A DNA stretch of 26,999 nt from Planctomycetota bacterium (GTDB lineage Bacteria > Planctomycetota > SZUA-567 > H5-PLA8). The DNA lies in contig BTVV01000080.1 of assembly GCA_045863855.1 (NCBI GenBank), forward strand, positions 1 through 26,999, read 5' to 3'. Numbering within the stretch: the stretch's first letter is position 1; every line of letters begins with the position of its first letter. Both the position numbers and the translations under genes were made by a program. The notes beneath the pieces were generated by a model. It did not search any database and was not told where the DNA came from. It saw only the letters and a program-made list of their open reading frames with translations. Shown here one piece after another: positions 1-8,539 of the stretch.

Positions 1-157
1 TTACGACCTCGAACAGCAATTCCGCGCCGGCCTTGGAAAAGGGCACATAGCCCAGCTCGTCGAGCACCAGCAGGTCATGGCGCTCGATCTGCTTCTGCAG
101 CCGCTCTAGCTTGCCCGTCTCCCGCTCCTCCAGCAGGCTCGTCACGAGTCCCGCAAG
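1..157 (-). pseudogene. istB: IS21-family helper ATPase IstB fragment (5'-truncated, runs off the left edge)
   Basis: Manual minus-strand translation gives LAGLVTSLLEERETGKLERLQKQIERHDLLVLDELGYVPFSKAGAELLFEVV, the typical IstB Walker B region. Upstream of about 157 the frame reads unrelated residues and hits TAA at 224-226, so Walker A is missing. Confidence 0.8.
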
Positions 158-556
158 GTGGGGGCAACGGGAGCGATTCGGGTGATTATTATGATCACCC
201 CCAAGGTTCAGGCTGATTGGGCGTTACGTGGGTGGATTCAAATACGAAATCATTTCGCTTTTGGAGTCTTGGGGAGAGATCGACTGGGCGCGACGGCGCG
301 GCAATGGCGGCGAGGTCTGCGGATTCTGGGTTACGTATTACCGAACTAAGGCAGGAAGGGGAAAGTCGATCTGCGACGGTAATTCGGTAAGGAAGGGCCG
401 GAAAATACGATCAGAGATTGGGAAAGGATACCCCGAGATGTTCGCAAGTCAGGGGCGCAGACTGCTTTACAATCTCAATTCGGGAAGACGGGTTAAACAA
501 CGGTCCCGATGCGGCGCTGGCTTGGCTGGATCAAGCCGCCCAGCCAGTGGGTTGAG

Positions 557-573
557 TGCACAAGTGGTGTGCA
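557..573. promoter_or_regulatory. NtrC-type enhancer-like palindrome TGCAC-N7-GTGCA
   Basis: TGCAC aagtggt GTGCA has the spacing of the NtrC consensus and lies about 85 bp upstream of a weak GG-N10-GC element at 657-670. Confidence 0.4.
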
Positions 574-655
574 AATGTACTCCAGGCGAATTTTTGAAAC
601 TGGAGACCTGTTGTCGAACCGGGTCCGCTCGATGAGTCAAAGAGCCCCTTGGGAC

Positions 656-671
656 GGGCACGTTCGGGGCG
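656..671 (+). promoter_or_regulatory. weak candidate sigma54 -24/-12 promoter for the HDOD gene
   Basis: GGGCACGTTCGGGGCG: good -24 (GGCACG) and correct GG-N10-GC spacing, but the -12 element lacks TT. Confidence 0.25.
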
Positions 672-707
672 AATATGGCAAGGCAGACCGGCTTTGAGGT
701 CGTGAAC

Positions 708-1637
708 ATGGCTACCGATATCGCACCACTGACCCTGGAACAGATCCGCCACCGTAAAATCGATCTGCCCGTCTGTCCCGACATGCTCGTGCGGCTCAGC
801 CAGGTTTTGGGCAATTCCCGGTCGCATGTGGACGAAATCGTCGGCGTGATCCAGGTCGATCCGACCCTGATCAGCCAGATTCTGCGTGTGGCGAACTCGG
901 CCGCCTTCGGCACGGCAAGAAACATCCTAAGCATTCCTCAAGCGGTGATCCGGCTGGGCGTTGACGAGATTGCGCGGATTGCTTCTTTCCTGCTCACCAA
1001 GCGGCTCTTTCAACAGGGCACGCGCGCCTGGACCCCCGCGTGCGAGGCGTTGTGGCAGCACTCGTGTATGACCGCCGTCGTCGCGCGCAAACTGGCCGGC
1101 CGTTGGAACCCGCGCATGTCCGACACGTTTTTCACCGTGGGCATGTTGCACGACTACGCCAAGACGCTCCTCTTGCAAGTCGCGCCCGGCGACTACCCAG
1201 ATTTGGACGACCCAGTCGCCGGACACGGGGAAGCGCTGCTGGCTTGGGAACAGGAACACTTCGGCACCTCCCACACCCAGTTGGGCGGAGAACTGCTCTC
1301 GTATTGGGGTTTGCCGAAGACGCTGGTGGATCTGGTGGCGCACCATCACCGGCCGCGTGAGGACTCCGGTCAGGCAGGGCAACTTTTCGATACCGCCAAC
1401 AAACTGGCCGTGCATTTGGACGAAGCGGGGCAGACGTTGCCTATGGCGCCCGATCTGCTTCGCGCGTTGAGCGATTTGGGCATCGAAAAGGATGTGCTGG
1501 CAGCCTTTACGCAGGAAGCGCAGGCCGAGATGGACAAGCTCGACGCCATGCGGCGGGCAGGGAACGTCCCAGCGGGCGCACACCATCAGGTGGGCGGCGT
1601 GGACCCGCCCGAGCGCGACGCTTCCGGAAAAGCCTGA
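708..1637 (+). CDS. HDOD domain signal-transduction protein
   Basis: Motifs LPVCP, DPTLISQILRVANS, LWQHS, GMLHDYAK, HTQLGGELLSYWGLP, AHHH. Start placed at ATG 708 (GAGG at 695-698); ATG 675 is the alternative. Confidence 0.9.
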   Translation: MATDIAPLTLEQIRHRKIDLPVCPDMLVRLSQVLGNSRSHVDEIVGVIQVDPTLISQILRVANSAAFGTARNILSIPQAVIRLGVDEIARIASFLLTKRLFQQGTRAWTPACEALWQHSCMTAVVARKLAGRWNPRMSDTFFTVGMLHDYAKTLLLQVAPGDYPDLDDPVAGHGEALLAWEQEHFGTSHTQLGGELLSYWGLPKTLVDLVAHHHRPREDSGQAGQLFDTANKLAVHLDEAGQTLPMAPDLLRALSDLGIEKDVLAAFTQEAQAEMDKLDAMRRAGNVPAGAHHQVGGVDPPERDASGKA

Positions 1638-1668
1638 AACCCGCAACTTTTATTTAATGGGTCTGCTT

Positions 1669-3252
1669 TCAAATCTCGAACGAGGTCAGGCTCAGCGCCG
1701 GCTCGCCCAGGATGCGACGCATGGCCAGCAGAAGTTCCGGCGGCGCGAAGGGTTTCTCCAGAATATAGCGCGGCGGTATCGAAAGCCCTTGCTTGCGCAG
1801 CGGTTCGCTGTAACCCGTCATGAACAGGATGCGGCAATCCGGGAAGCGCGCCTGCACGCGCCCGGCCAGTTCGTACCCGTTGATTCCAGGCAGCATCATG
1901 TCCGTGACCAGCAGATCGGGTTCGAAATCCGGCTGGCGCTCGAACAAGGCGAACATATCGTCGCCGTCGCTGGCCGAGCGTACGTCGTAGCCGCAGACAT
2001 CGAGCGCGTCCTGCAGCAGCGTCCGGATGCCCGCGTCGTCTTCCACCACCAACACTTTCTCGGTGCCGGTCATCTCTTCATCCGGGGAGGGTTGGAGCTG
2101 CGGAGCATGCGGGATGCATTCGCCTGCGTACGGGAAAAACAGGCGCACGGTGGTGCCTTCGCCGGGGCGGCTGTACATCTGCACGTCGCCGCTGTTCTGA
2201 AGCATGATCCCGTGAATGATCGAGAGACCCAGGCCGGTTCCCTTACGCCGCTGCTTGGTCGTGAAGAACGGCTCGAAGGCGCGCCTCTGCGTTTCGGGAT
2301 CCATGCCGATGCCGTTGTCTTGGACGTCCAGCACCACGTACAGGCCCGGGCGTAGACCCGGAAAGCCGGCCGCCGTCGTGCTGTCGAGTTCCAGTTGGCT
2401 AGTGCGCAGCAGGATGGTCCCGCCGTCGGGCATCGCGTCGCGCGCGTTGACGATCAGGTTCACCACCACCTGCGTAAGCTGCGCGGGGTCGACTTTGACG
2501 GTAGAGAGCGCCGCGTCGAAACACGTCTTGAGTTCGATGTTTTCGCCGATCAGCCGGTTCAGCATCGTCTGCGCCGTGTTCAAGGCGTCGTGCAAGTCCA
2601 CTTGCTCGGGAGAACTGGGCTGGTTACGCCCGAAGGCCAGAAGCTGCCGCACCAGTTGCGCGGCGCGCTCGGCGCTTTCGTGGATGTCCTTCACGTGCTG
2701 CTGGATCTTGGGGCGTATTTCCTCGCGCTGGATCAGTTCGCAGGCGGCCATGACCACCGTGAGCATGTTATTGAAGTCGTGCGCGATGCCCGCCGACAGC
2801 CGGCCCAGCGCCTCCAGTTTTTGCGTCTGCATCTCCAGATCGGTGATGCCCATCCGCGTCGTGATGTCCGCGCCGTAGATCAGAATGACCGGCTGGCCGT
2901 CCAGAGCGTCGGGAATCGATTTAAGGGTCAAGCCCAGCAGGCTTGGCGCGCCTTGCGGATTGCGAAACGGCTGTTCCAGCGCCACCGGGTGCGCCGAATA
3001 GCGGCAATCCCGCGCGGCCTTCAAGACCGGCTCCACGCGCCCCGGCCAGCCGCACTCCGGCAACGCGCGCCCCAACGCCGTTTCGCGCGAAAGGCCCAGC
3101 ACGCGTTCGGCGCAGGAGTTCAGGTAAACGATCCGGTCGTGGACATCCAGGCCCAGCAACAGCGAGGGCAGTCCTTCCACCAAGCGGGCAATCAGGCGAT
3201 CCGCGGGAGCGGAACCTGAATCGGATGGATTCGAACCCGGGTGTGCGCTCAT
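1669..3252 (-). CDS. cytoplasmic PAS-domain hybrid histidine kinase (PAS-HisKA-HATPase-REC, CckA-like architecture)
   Basis: PAS (YLNSCAERVLG), H-box AHDFNN, N-box NLIVNARDAM, DNGIG, FFTTK, GTGLGL, and a C-terminal REC (VEDD, TDMMLP, TGY, EKPF). No transmembrane segment. Confidence 0.92.
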   Translation of the reverse strand: MSAHPGSNPSDSGSAPADRLIARLVEGLPSLLLGLDVHDRIVYLNSCAERVLGLSRETALGRALPECGWPGRVEPVLKAARDCRYSAHPVALEQPFRNPQGAPSLLGLTLKSIPDALDGQPVILIYGADITTRMGITDLEMQTQKLEALGRLSAGIAHDFNNMLTVVMAACELIQREEIRPKIQQHVKDIHESAERAAQLVRQLLAFGRNQPSSPEQVDLHDALNTAQTMLNRLIGENIELKTCFDAALSTVKVDPAQLTQVVVNLIVNARDAMPDGGTILLRTSQLELDSTTAAGFPGLRPGLYVVLDVQDNGIGMDPETQRRAFEPFFTTKQRRKGTGLGLSIIHGIMLQNSGDVQMYSRPGEGTTVRLFFPYAGECIPHAPQLQPSPDEEMTGTEKVLVVEDDAGIRTLLQDALDVCGYDVRSASDGDDMFALFERQPDFEPDLLVTDMMLPGINGYELAGRVQARFPDCRILFMTGYSEPLRKQGLSIPPRYILEKPFAPPELLLAMRRILGEPALSLTSFEI

Positions 3253-3281
3253 GGCGTCTATGCGTTCCTACCTGCGGTTCC

Positions 3282-4172
3282 CTACTGCCAGGGGACGATG
3301 CCTTGCGCCAGTGCGGCGCCCAAATCGGAGGTCTGGACGCCCTCGGGCGGTGCGAGGCGGAAGCGGGAAGTCGGAAGTTCGGCGTTGAACGAGTATTCGG
3401 TCGCGATCAGTTCCAGCGCGATCTGGCGGTCGGCGCCCATGATCGTCACGCGCCCCGGCGCCGTTACCTGCGCGCCGCCCGTGCCCAGCGGTTGCGGAGC
3501 ATAGCCGTCATAAAGCACCTGACCCAGGAGCGCCCCGCTGGGGCCGTACAACTCTTGGCGCGCGAAGGCTGCCATTTGCGGCAGCAGCACCAGCCGGCGC
3601 AACAGCGCGCGGCGGCCATCGGCTCGGCCATACACGCTGACCCAGTCGTCCGCCCCGCTGCCGTTCATGCGCCGTTCCACCGCCCGTTCCGACCAAGCCC
3701 GCGGAAAGAAGAGGTCGTGCACGCTTCCGATCTGTGCCAGCAGCGCCAGCTCCGAACGCTCCACCGACTGAACCTGCGACGTGGTGCCCCGGTAGAAGCG
3801 GTTCTTGCGCGGCAGCCAGAGTTCCATCGAGCCTTCGGCCGCGGCCAGGTCCAGGACCACCAGTTCTTCGTGCTTCAAGCGCAGCCGGAACGAGCCGTCC
3901 GCGTTGCCCAGGTACACGCCGTTGAGGGGGAAGCTGCGCTGTTCCTTGAGCTTGTGCAGGCGCACGTCCAGCCGCGCCGTCACGGTGCTGACTTGCTGGC
4001 GGCGCGCGTCGGTTTCGGCGACGGCAGCGGCCGGATCGCGCAGCGTGCGGGCCGCCGGCGCCTCGACGGGCGGCAACCCCACCGGCTCCAGCGCGCAGCC
4101 GCTCAGTAAGAGCGCGCAGCATCCCAGCGGCGCCAGCCGGACCCTTCGAAAGCGTGAACGCATGACGGACAT
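3282..4172 (-). CDS. putative lipoprotein, possibly LolA/LolB/DUF4292-like beta fold
   Basis: Start reassigned to ATG 4172 (GGAG at 4179-4182). Basic N-terminus, hydrophobic stretch and lipobox LLSGC. Beta-rich body and C-terminal FNAELPTSRFRLAPPEG resemble LolA-like/DUF4292 proteins. Fold call is from pattern recognition only. Confidence 0.65.
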   Translation of the reverse strand: MSVMRSRFRRVRLAPLGCCALLLSGCALEPVGLPPVEAPAARTLRDPAAAVAETDARRQQVSTVTARLDVRLHKLKEQRSFPLNGVYLGNADGSFRLRLKHEELVVLDLAAAEGSMELWLPRKNRFYRGTTSQVQSVERSELALLAQIGSVHDLFFPRAWSERAVERRMNGSGADDWVSVYGRADGRRALLRRLVLLPQMAAFARQELYGPSGALLGQVLYDGYAPQPLGTGGAQVTAPGRVTIMGADRQIALELIATEYSFNAELPTSRFRLAPPEGVQTSDLGAALAQGIVPWQ

Positions 4173-4186
4173 CGTGTGACTCCCGG

Positions 4187-5626
4187 TTACTCGCGGTGCT
4201 GCAGGCCGTAGCGGCTGGCTTTGGCATAGAGCGTCGAGCGCCCCACCTTCAGCGCCTTGGCGGCTTCGCGGAAATTCCAGTCGTGCTGTCGCAGCACGGT
4301 GCGTAAGGCGACCTTTTCGAATTCTTCGAGTGGATTTTCCGAATCGCGGATCAGCTTGGCGCAGAGCGTTTCGGAATCCGAGCTCCCCGTCGAGCCAGCT
4401 TGTTCCGAAAGGACGGCAGCCGGTACGGGCGCCGCCGTGACCGCGGACGCGCGCGGATGCGCCGCGTGGTCTCCCGCGGGACGCAGATTCAGCATGCTCT
4501 TTTTCAGTACGCCGCCGTTGGCCACGATGCACGCATGCTCGATCGCGTTTTCCAGCTCGCGGATATTCCCCGGCCAGGCGTGCGCGCAAAGCGTCTCCAG
4601 CGCGTCGGTATCGATCTCCGTCGGCCCGCGGCCGACTTTCTTCACCGCGCGCTGCAGGAAGTGGTACGCCAGCACCGGAATGTCCTCGAGGTGCTCGCGC
4701 AGCGGCGGCAAGTGCAACGGGAAGATCGCGATGCGGTAGAAAAGGTCTTGCCGGAACGTGCCTTCTTCCACCATCTCGTTCAGGTTGCGGTGCGTGGCGC
4801 AGATCAGCCGGAAATCGACTTTGCGGATCGAACTGGACCCGATGCGCTCGATCTCTTGCGTCTGCAGGACGCGCAAGAGCTTGGCCTGGACCGAGTTGGA
4901 AAGCTCGCCGATCTCATCGAGGAAAAGCGTTCCGCCGTCGGCGCGCTCGAAGCGTCCCAGCCGCCGCTCAACGGCCCCCGTGAATGCGCCGCGTTCGTGC
5001 CCGAAAAGCTCGGATTCCAGCAACGTCTCCGGCAATGCCGCGCAATTCACTTTGATAAACGGACCTTCGGTGCGCCGGCTCCGGCGCTGGATAAAATTAG
5101 CCAGGATCTCCTTGCCCACCCCCGTCTCGCCGGTGATCAGCACCGTCGAATCGGTCTCGGCCACGGCCTGCGCGGACTGGTAGATCCGCCGCATCGCCTC
5201 GCCCGAGCCGACCGGAACGGTCTCCGTCCCGGCCAAATCCTTCACGCGCTGGCGCATCGACTGAAGCTCGGTCAGCTTGTCTACCGAAGAGGTCAATTCC
5301 AGCAGGCACAAGGGCTTGCGGAAAAAGTCCGCCGCCCCGCGCTTCATCGCCTGAACCGCCAACTCGATATCCGCGTGCGCCGTCATCACGATTACTTCGC
5401 ACGAAGGCGCGCGCGACTTTACTTCCTCCAGCACTTCCAGCCCGTTCATGTGCGGCATGCGCATGTCAGTCAGCAAGAGGTCGATGTTGTATTCGTCGAA
5501 GCTCTTAAGCGCCTGCCGCGGGTCGGAATGCGTGAGAATCGTTCGGCCGGGCTGCTGCAACGCATCCCGGATCAGCTCCAGCGTTTCCGGCTGATCGTCC
5601 ACGGCGAGTATGACCGTTGAAGACAT
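4187..5626 (-). CDS. sigma54-dependent response regulator (REC-AAA+-HTH; NtrC/FleR/FlrC-like)
   Basis: REC (VDD, TDMRMP, RKP), Walker A GETGVGKE, GAFTGA, Walker B LFLDEIGE, RQDLFYR, WPGNIRELEN, Fis-type HTH. Start at ATG 5626 with GGAGG at 5636-5640. Confidence 0.95.
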   Translation of the reverse strand: MSSTVILAVDDQPETLELIRDALQQPGRTILTHSDPRQALKSFDEYNIDLLLTDMRMPHMNGLEVLEEVKSRAPSCEVIVMTAHADIELAVQAMKRGAADFFRKPLCLLELTSSVDKLTELQSMRQRVKDLAGTETVPVGSGEAMRRIYQSAQAVAETDSTVLITGETGVGKEILANFIQRRSRRTEGPFIKVNCAALPETLLESELFGHERGAFTGAVERRLGRFERADGGTLFLDEIGELSNSVQAKLLRVLQTQEIERIGSSSIRKVDFRLICATHRNLNEMVEEGTFRQDLFYRIAIFPLHLPPLREHLEDIPVLAYHFLQRAVKKVGRGPTEIDTDALETLCAHAWPGNIRELENAIEHACIVANGGVLKKSMLNLRPAGDHAAHPRASAVTAAPVPAAVLSEQAGSTGSSDSETLCAKLIRDSENPLEEFEKVALRTVLRQHDWNFREAAKALKVGRSTLYAKASRYGLQHRE

Positions 5627-5676
5627 GCCCACCAACCTCCGCGCTACCGTCGTGTACCGCCTGCACGAAGACCTCT

Positions 5677-5695
5677 AAAGCAGACCCAAGGCCAA
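5677..5695 (-). promoter_or_regulatory. sigma54 -24/-12 promoter of the regulator-lipoprotein-kinase operon
   Basis: Minus strand TTGGCCTTGGGTCTGCTTT (GG-N10-GC), about 50 nt upstream of the start codon. Confidence 0.6.
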
Positions 5696-5866
5696 TCGTC
5701 CAAGATTCAGGAATCGCATTGGCTTGAATTCTGTATCTTGCGCATTCTCCTTTAGTTGTGCGATTGCACGGGAGCACCGAAAGACGCCGCTTCGGCAGCT
5801 TTTTCCGATATACAGCATGCTCGTGGGGAGGAATGTACTGGCCGATATTGCAGAGTGAGAAGACGC

Positions 5867-6232
5867 TTAAGCCTCGGTGCCGATCCCTGGTGCATGAGAC
5901 GCGCCGGCTTCGGCGTAGCCGGCCTTGATACGCTCCAGGTTGCCGGTGGCGGTACGGATATCCTCCAACTCGCGAGCGGCTTCGTTACGCTGGCGAAGGA
6001 AGAAGGCCTGGAGGCTGGCGTCGGCTTGGATGGCGGCCTGCAATTGAGCCGTCGGCACATCGCCGGTCGCCAGGCGCGGCTTGAGTTCACCCAGCAACTC
6101 CACGTAGCGCGCCACGCCGGCGTCCATGCGCGCCCAAGCCTCGCCGGCCGCCGCGTCCTGCAACTCGGCGCTCAACGCGCCGAGCGCTTCGAGCAGGACG
6201 CACGTTTCCGCGTGTGCGGCGGCGCGTTCCAT
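5867..6232 (-). CDS. fliT: FliT-like flagellar cap chaperone (121 aa)
   Basis: Small all-helical protein directly after fliS with a TGATG stop/start overlap at 6230-6234. W..M and C-terminal GY motifs. Called from synteny (fliD-fliS-fliT). Confidence 0.6.
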   Translation of the reverse strand: MERAAAHAETCVLLEALGALSAELQDAAAGEAWARMDAGVARYVELLGELKPRLATGDVPTAQLQAAIQADASLQAFFLRQRNEAARELEDIRTATGNLERIKAGYAEAGASHAPGIGTEA

Positions 6233-6678
6233 CAGGCCACCAAGGTTCCGGCGGTTCGCGTTCCACGCGGACCGGCCGGCGCAGCGCCCGTGGGCGCGGC
6301 CGCACCGTCGAGCATCCCGCACCAGGCCTCGTGCAGCGAAGTGAGCAGATCGTGTACCTCTCGCAGCACGGCCGGGTCGAGTGCCTGGGCGGTCTCGGTC
6401 AGGCGGTACTGCATGTACTCGTAGACGCGCGCCAGGCTCTGAGCCAGTTCGCCGCCCTCGCGCCGGTTGAGGCTCGCGCTCAGCTCGGCAATGATCCGCT
6501 GCGCGTGGACCACCAGGCGCAGCGCATCCGCCCGGCAGCGAGGATCTTTCGATTCGGCCGCCAGCAGCGCGGCCTGTTCCAGGTCGCGGCAACCACGGTC
6601 GAAGAGCAGTTCGACGAGTTGCCCCGGCGTCGCGCTGGCGACCTTGTCCTCCAGATAGGTGCGTGCTCCCTCGTACAC
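6232..6678 (-). CDS. fliS: flagellin export chaperone FliS
   Basis: Y....V.SATPGQLVELLFD, AQRIIAELSASLN, GGELAQSLARVYEY, LHEAW. GTG start at 6678 behind AAGGAGGAGG; ATG 6729 overlapping the fliD stop is the alternative. Confidence 0.92.
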   Translation of the reverse strand: MYEGARTYLEDKVASATPGQLVELLFDRGCRDLEQAALLAAESKDPRCRADALRLVVHAQRIIAELSASLNRREGGELAQSLARVYEYMQYRLTETAQALDPAVLREVHDLLTSLHEAWCGMLDGAAAPTGAAPAGPRGTRTAGTLVA

Positions 6679-6725
6679 GGCCTCCTCCTTTCGCCATCCC
6701 TGGCGGAAAACGGGCATCCTTTGCG
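6679..6725 (-). promoter_or_regulatory. candidate CsrA-binding sites in the fliS leader
   Basis: GCA-AAGGA-TGC hairpin (6714-6724), CGCCA-GGGA-TGGCG hairpin (6692-6705), and AAGGA overlapping the SD. Confidence 0.55.
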
Positions 6726-8468
6726 TCATTTACTCGGATTCTGCAAATTGCTGAGGATCCCGGACAACCCGCCTTGCAGGTCGCCGATCGCCTTTTCCAT
6801 CGCGTTGAAGCGCGCCCGCAGGCGCTGCTCGGTCATCTCCATCTTGCGTTCGAATGCCGAGATCGATTTTCGCACCGTCGCGATGCTCGATTCCATGCGG
6901 TCGGGACGCTCGGCCACCGGCCCGTTCCCGAAGAGCGTCTGGCCGTCGACGAACGCGACGACTTTGCCCATGATGCCCGCCTGCGCGTCGGCCAGGATGG
7001 ACTTCACGCCTTCCGGATTGTCCGCGAGCGCCTGATTGAACTTGTCCTTATCGAAGGTCAGCGTCGCTTCGGTTCCCGTGGTGCCGATGCCGATGCCCGA
7101 TAGAGTGCTGGGACCGTTGGTGACGCCGGCGACCGAGGCGGCGACCGTGCGGCGCAGATTGCGCGCCAGCGCCAGGACGCCTTGCTCGCCGTGCAGCGCT
7201 TCGACCTTCGCGGTCGAACCGGTGCCGGTGATCTTCGACTTGGCCTGAATGAACGAGGTCAGCGTGTTGTACGCATCGACGAAGGCTTGGATTTTATCGC
7301 TCATGGCGTCGTTATCGGGACTGACCGTTACCTGCGTGTTCCCGCTTGAGGCGGTGAGGGTAAGCGAAAGGCCCGCGAGGCCCGTTTCGGCTTCGGTGAA
7401 CAGGTTGTCCACGCTCGTAATGGGATTCCCGCCGTTTACACCGGCGATGGAGATGGACGCGTTCTGCCCCAGCGTCGTCGAACCGCCCAAGCCCATGGAC
7501 GCGACGAAGTTTCCCGAGACGTCCTCGGCGAAGATGCCCAGCGCTCCGTCGATTTTGTTCGTCAGCACCAGGCGATCCTGAAAGCCGTCGTAGGTGGCAT
7601 TCACGCCGGCTGAGGAGTCGTTGATGCGCTTGATCACATCGTTCATCGAGTCGGCGGACGGATCGAATGCGATGGAGACGCCGTTGATCTTGAACTCACC
7701 GGAACCGCCGTCCACGATGGCCGTCCGCGCGCGCGCTCCGTTGGCGCCGCCGTCGTTGAGTTTGGCCGACATGTTCAGTCGTCCCAACTGGGACGAACTG
7801 CTCACCGTGTGCGAAGATCCGCTGGAAGTGAGTTTCATCAAGCTCAGCAGGTTGCTGGAATCGGCACTGGAGCCCAGCAGCAGCGGCCCGTCGCCGGAGT
7901 CCACGAATTCCAGAGTCACCGCATCGGAGCCCGAGGCGTACGCGGCGGTAAAGACGCCGCTGCCGCCCATCGCCGTCTCGATCTGTCCAAGCACGTCGTT
8001 AAGGGTATCGGTTTCGGCGACGGCGATCTGCTGACCGTTCACAGTAAAGGTGCCCGCCTTGAACGCGCTCCCGAACGCGGAAGCGTCGTTCAGCGCGGCG
8101 TCGGGATCGATGCCCAAGCCCACGTCCGTCGCGCCGCTCAGGACGCTCGCGCTGGCTTTCTGCAGGATCGTAATGTCGTACGTGCCGGGCAGCGCATTGC
8201 CGCTCGCGGTGGCCGAGAGCAGCGCCGTATTGCCCGCCACCGCTTTGTGCGAGACGGCTTGGTTCAACGTCGCCAGCGGTTTGGCCGCGGTGCGCAGCGC
8301 CGCGAGGCGCGAATCCAGATCGCGGTAGGCCGTTTGCCGCCGCAGCAGCAAATCGCGCTGCGCGGTCAGGCGGTTCAGGCCCAGCCTCTCCACATTCATC
8401 AGTGCTTCGACAATGCTGTTGGTATCGAGCCCGCTGTTGATGCCGGAAAAATTGATGTTGGCGGCCAT
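6726..8468 (-). CDS. fliD: flagellar filament cap protein FliD (HAP2)
   Basis: N-terminal FSGINSGLDTNSIVEALMNVER, two internal flagellin-IN-like repeats (FTVNG...DTLNDV; FKING...DSMNDV), IQAFVDAYN, C-terminal RLRARFNAMEKAI. Confidence 0.95.
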   Translation of the reverse strand: MAANINFSGINSGLDTNSIVEALMNVERLGLNRLTAQRDLLLRRQTAYRDLDSRLAALRTAAKPLATLNQAVSHKAVAGNTALLSATASGNALPGTYDITILQKASASVLSGATDVGLGIDPDAALNDASAFGSAFKAGTFTVNGQQIAVAETDTLNDVLGQIETAMGGSGVFTAAYASGSDAVTLEFVDSGDGPLLLGSSADSSNLLSLMKLTSSGSSHTVSSSSQLGRLNMSAKLNDGGANGARARTAIVDGGSGEFKINGVSIAFDPSADSMNDVIKRINDSSAGVNATYDGFQDRLVLTNKIDGALGIFAEDVSGNFVASMGLGGSTTLGQNASISIAGVNGGNPITSVDNLFTEAETGLAGLSLTLTASSGNTQVTVSPDNDAMSDKIQAFVDAYNTLTSFIQAKSKITGTGSTAKVEALHGEQGVLALARNLRRTVAASVAGVTNGPSTLSGIGIGTTGTEATLTFDKDKFNQALADNPEGVKSILADAQAGIMGKVVAFVDGQTLFGNGPVAERPDRMESSIATVRKSISAFERKMEMTEQRLRARFNAMEKAIGDLQGGLSGILSNLQNPSK

Positions 8469-8512
8469 GCCCGAAGTTCCCGAGGTTAGCTTGCGTCCAC
8501 GTTACATTTTTC

Positions 8513-8539
8513 TTATCGGCGCGTTCTCGTGCGGCGACA
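8513..8539 (-). promoter_or_regulatory. sigma28 (FliA) promoter of fliD
   Basis: Perfect -10 GCCGATAA at 8513-8520; the -35 position (TGTC) is a poor match. Confidence 0.55.

Noticed and set aside
312..350. GAGGTCTG...TAAG 39-mer resembling a Tn3-family terminal inverted repeat
   Set aside because: Only the ends match, there is no partner repeat, and no Tn3 transposase or resolvase is in the window.
158..697. Short ORFs 158-349, 228-635 and 509-697
   Set aside because: No recognisable motifs, atypical composition, no convincing RBS; the region looks intergenic.
4173..4589. N-terminal extensions in the ORF track (lipoprotein to 4589; also fliT to 6697, flagellin A to 12250, maf to 15005, flgG to 22391)
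   Set aside because: They overlap upstream genes or leaders; downstream starts have clear SD sequences and family-typical N-termini.
5804..5848. Plus-strand CCGATAT words (also at 11251) as antisense sigma28 promoters
   Set aside because: No -35 element at the 15-nt spacing seen in the four best-supported sigma28 promoters.
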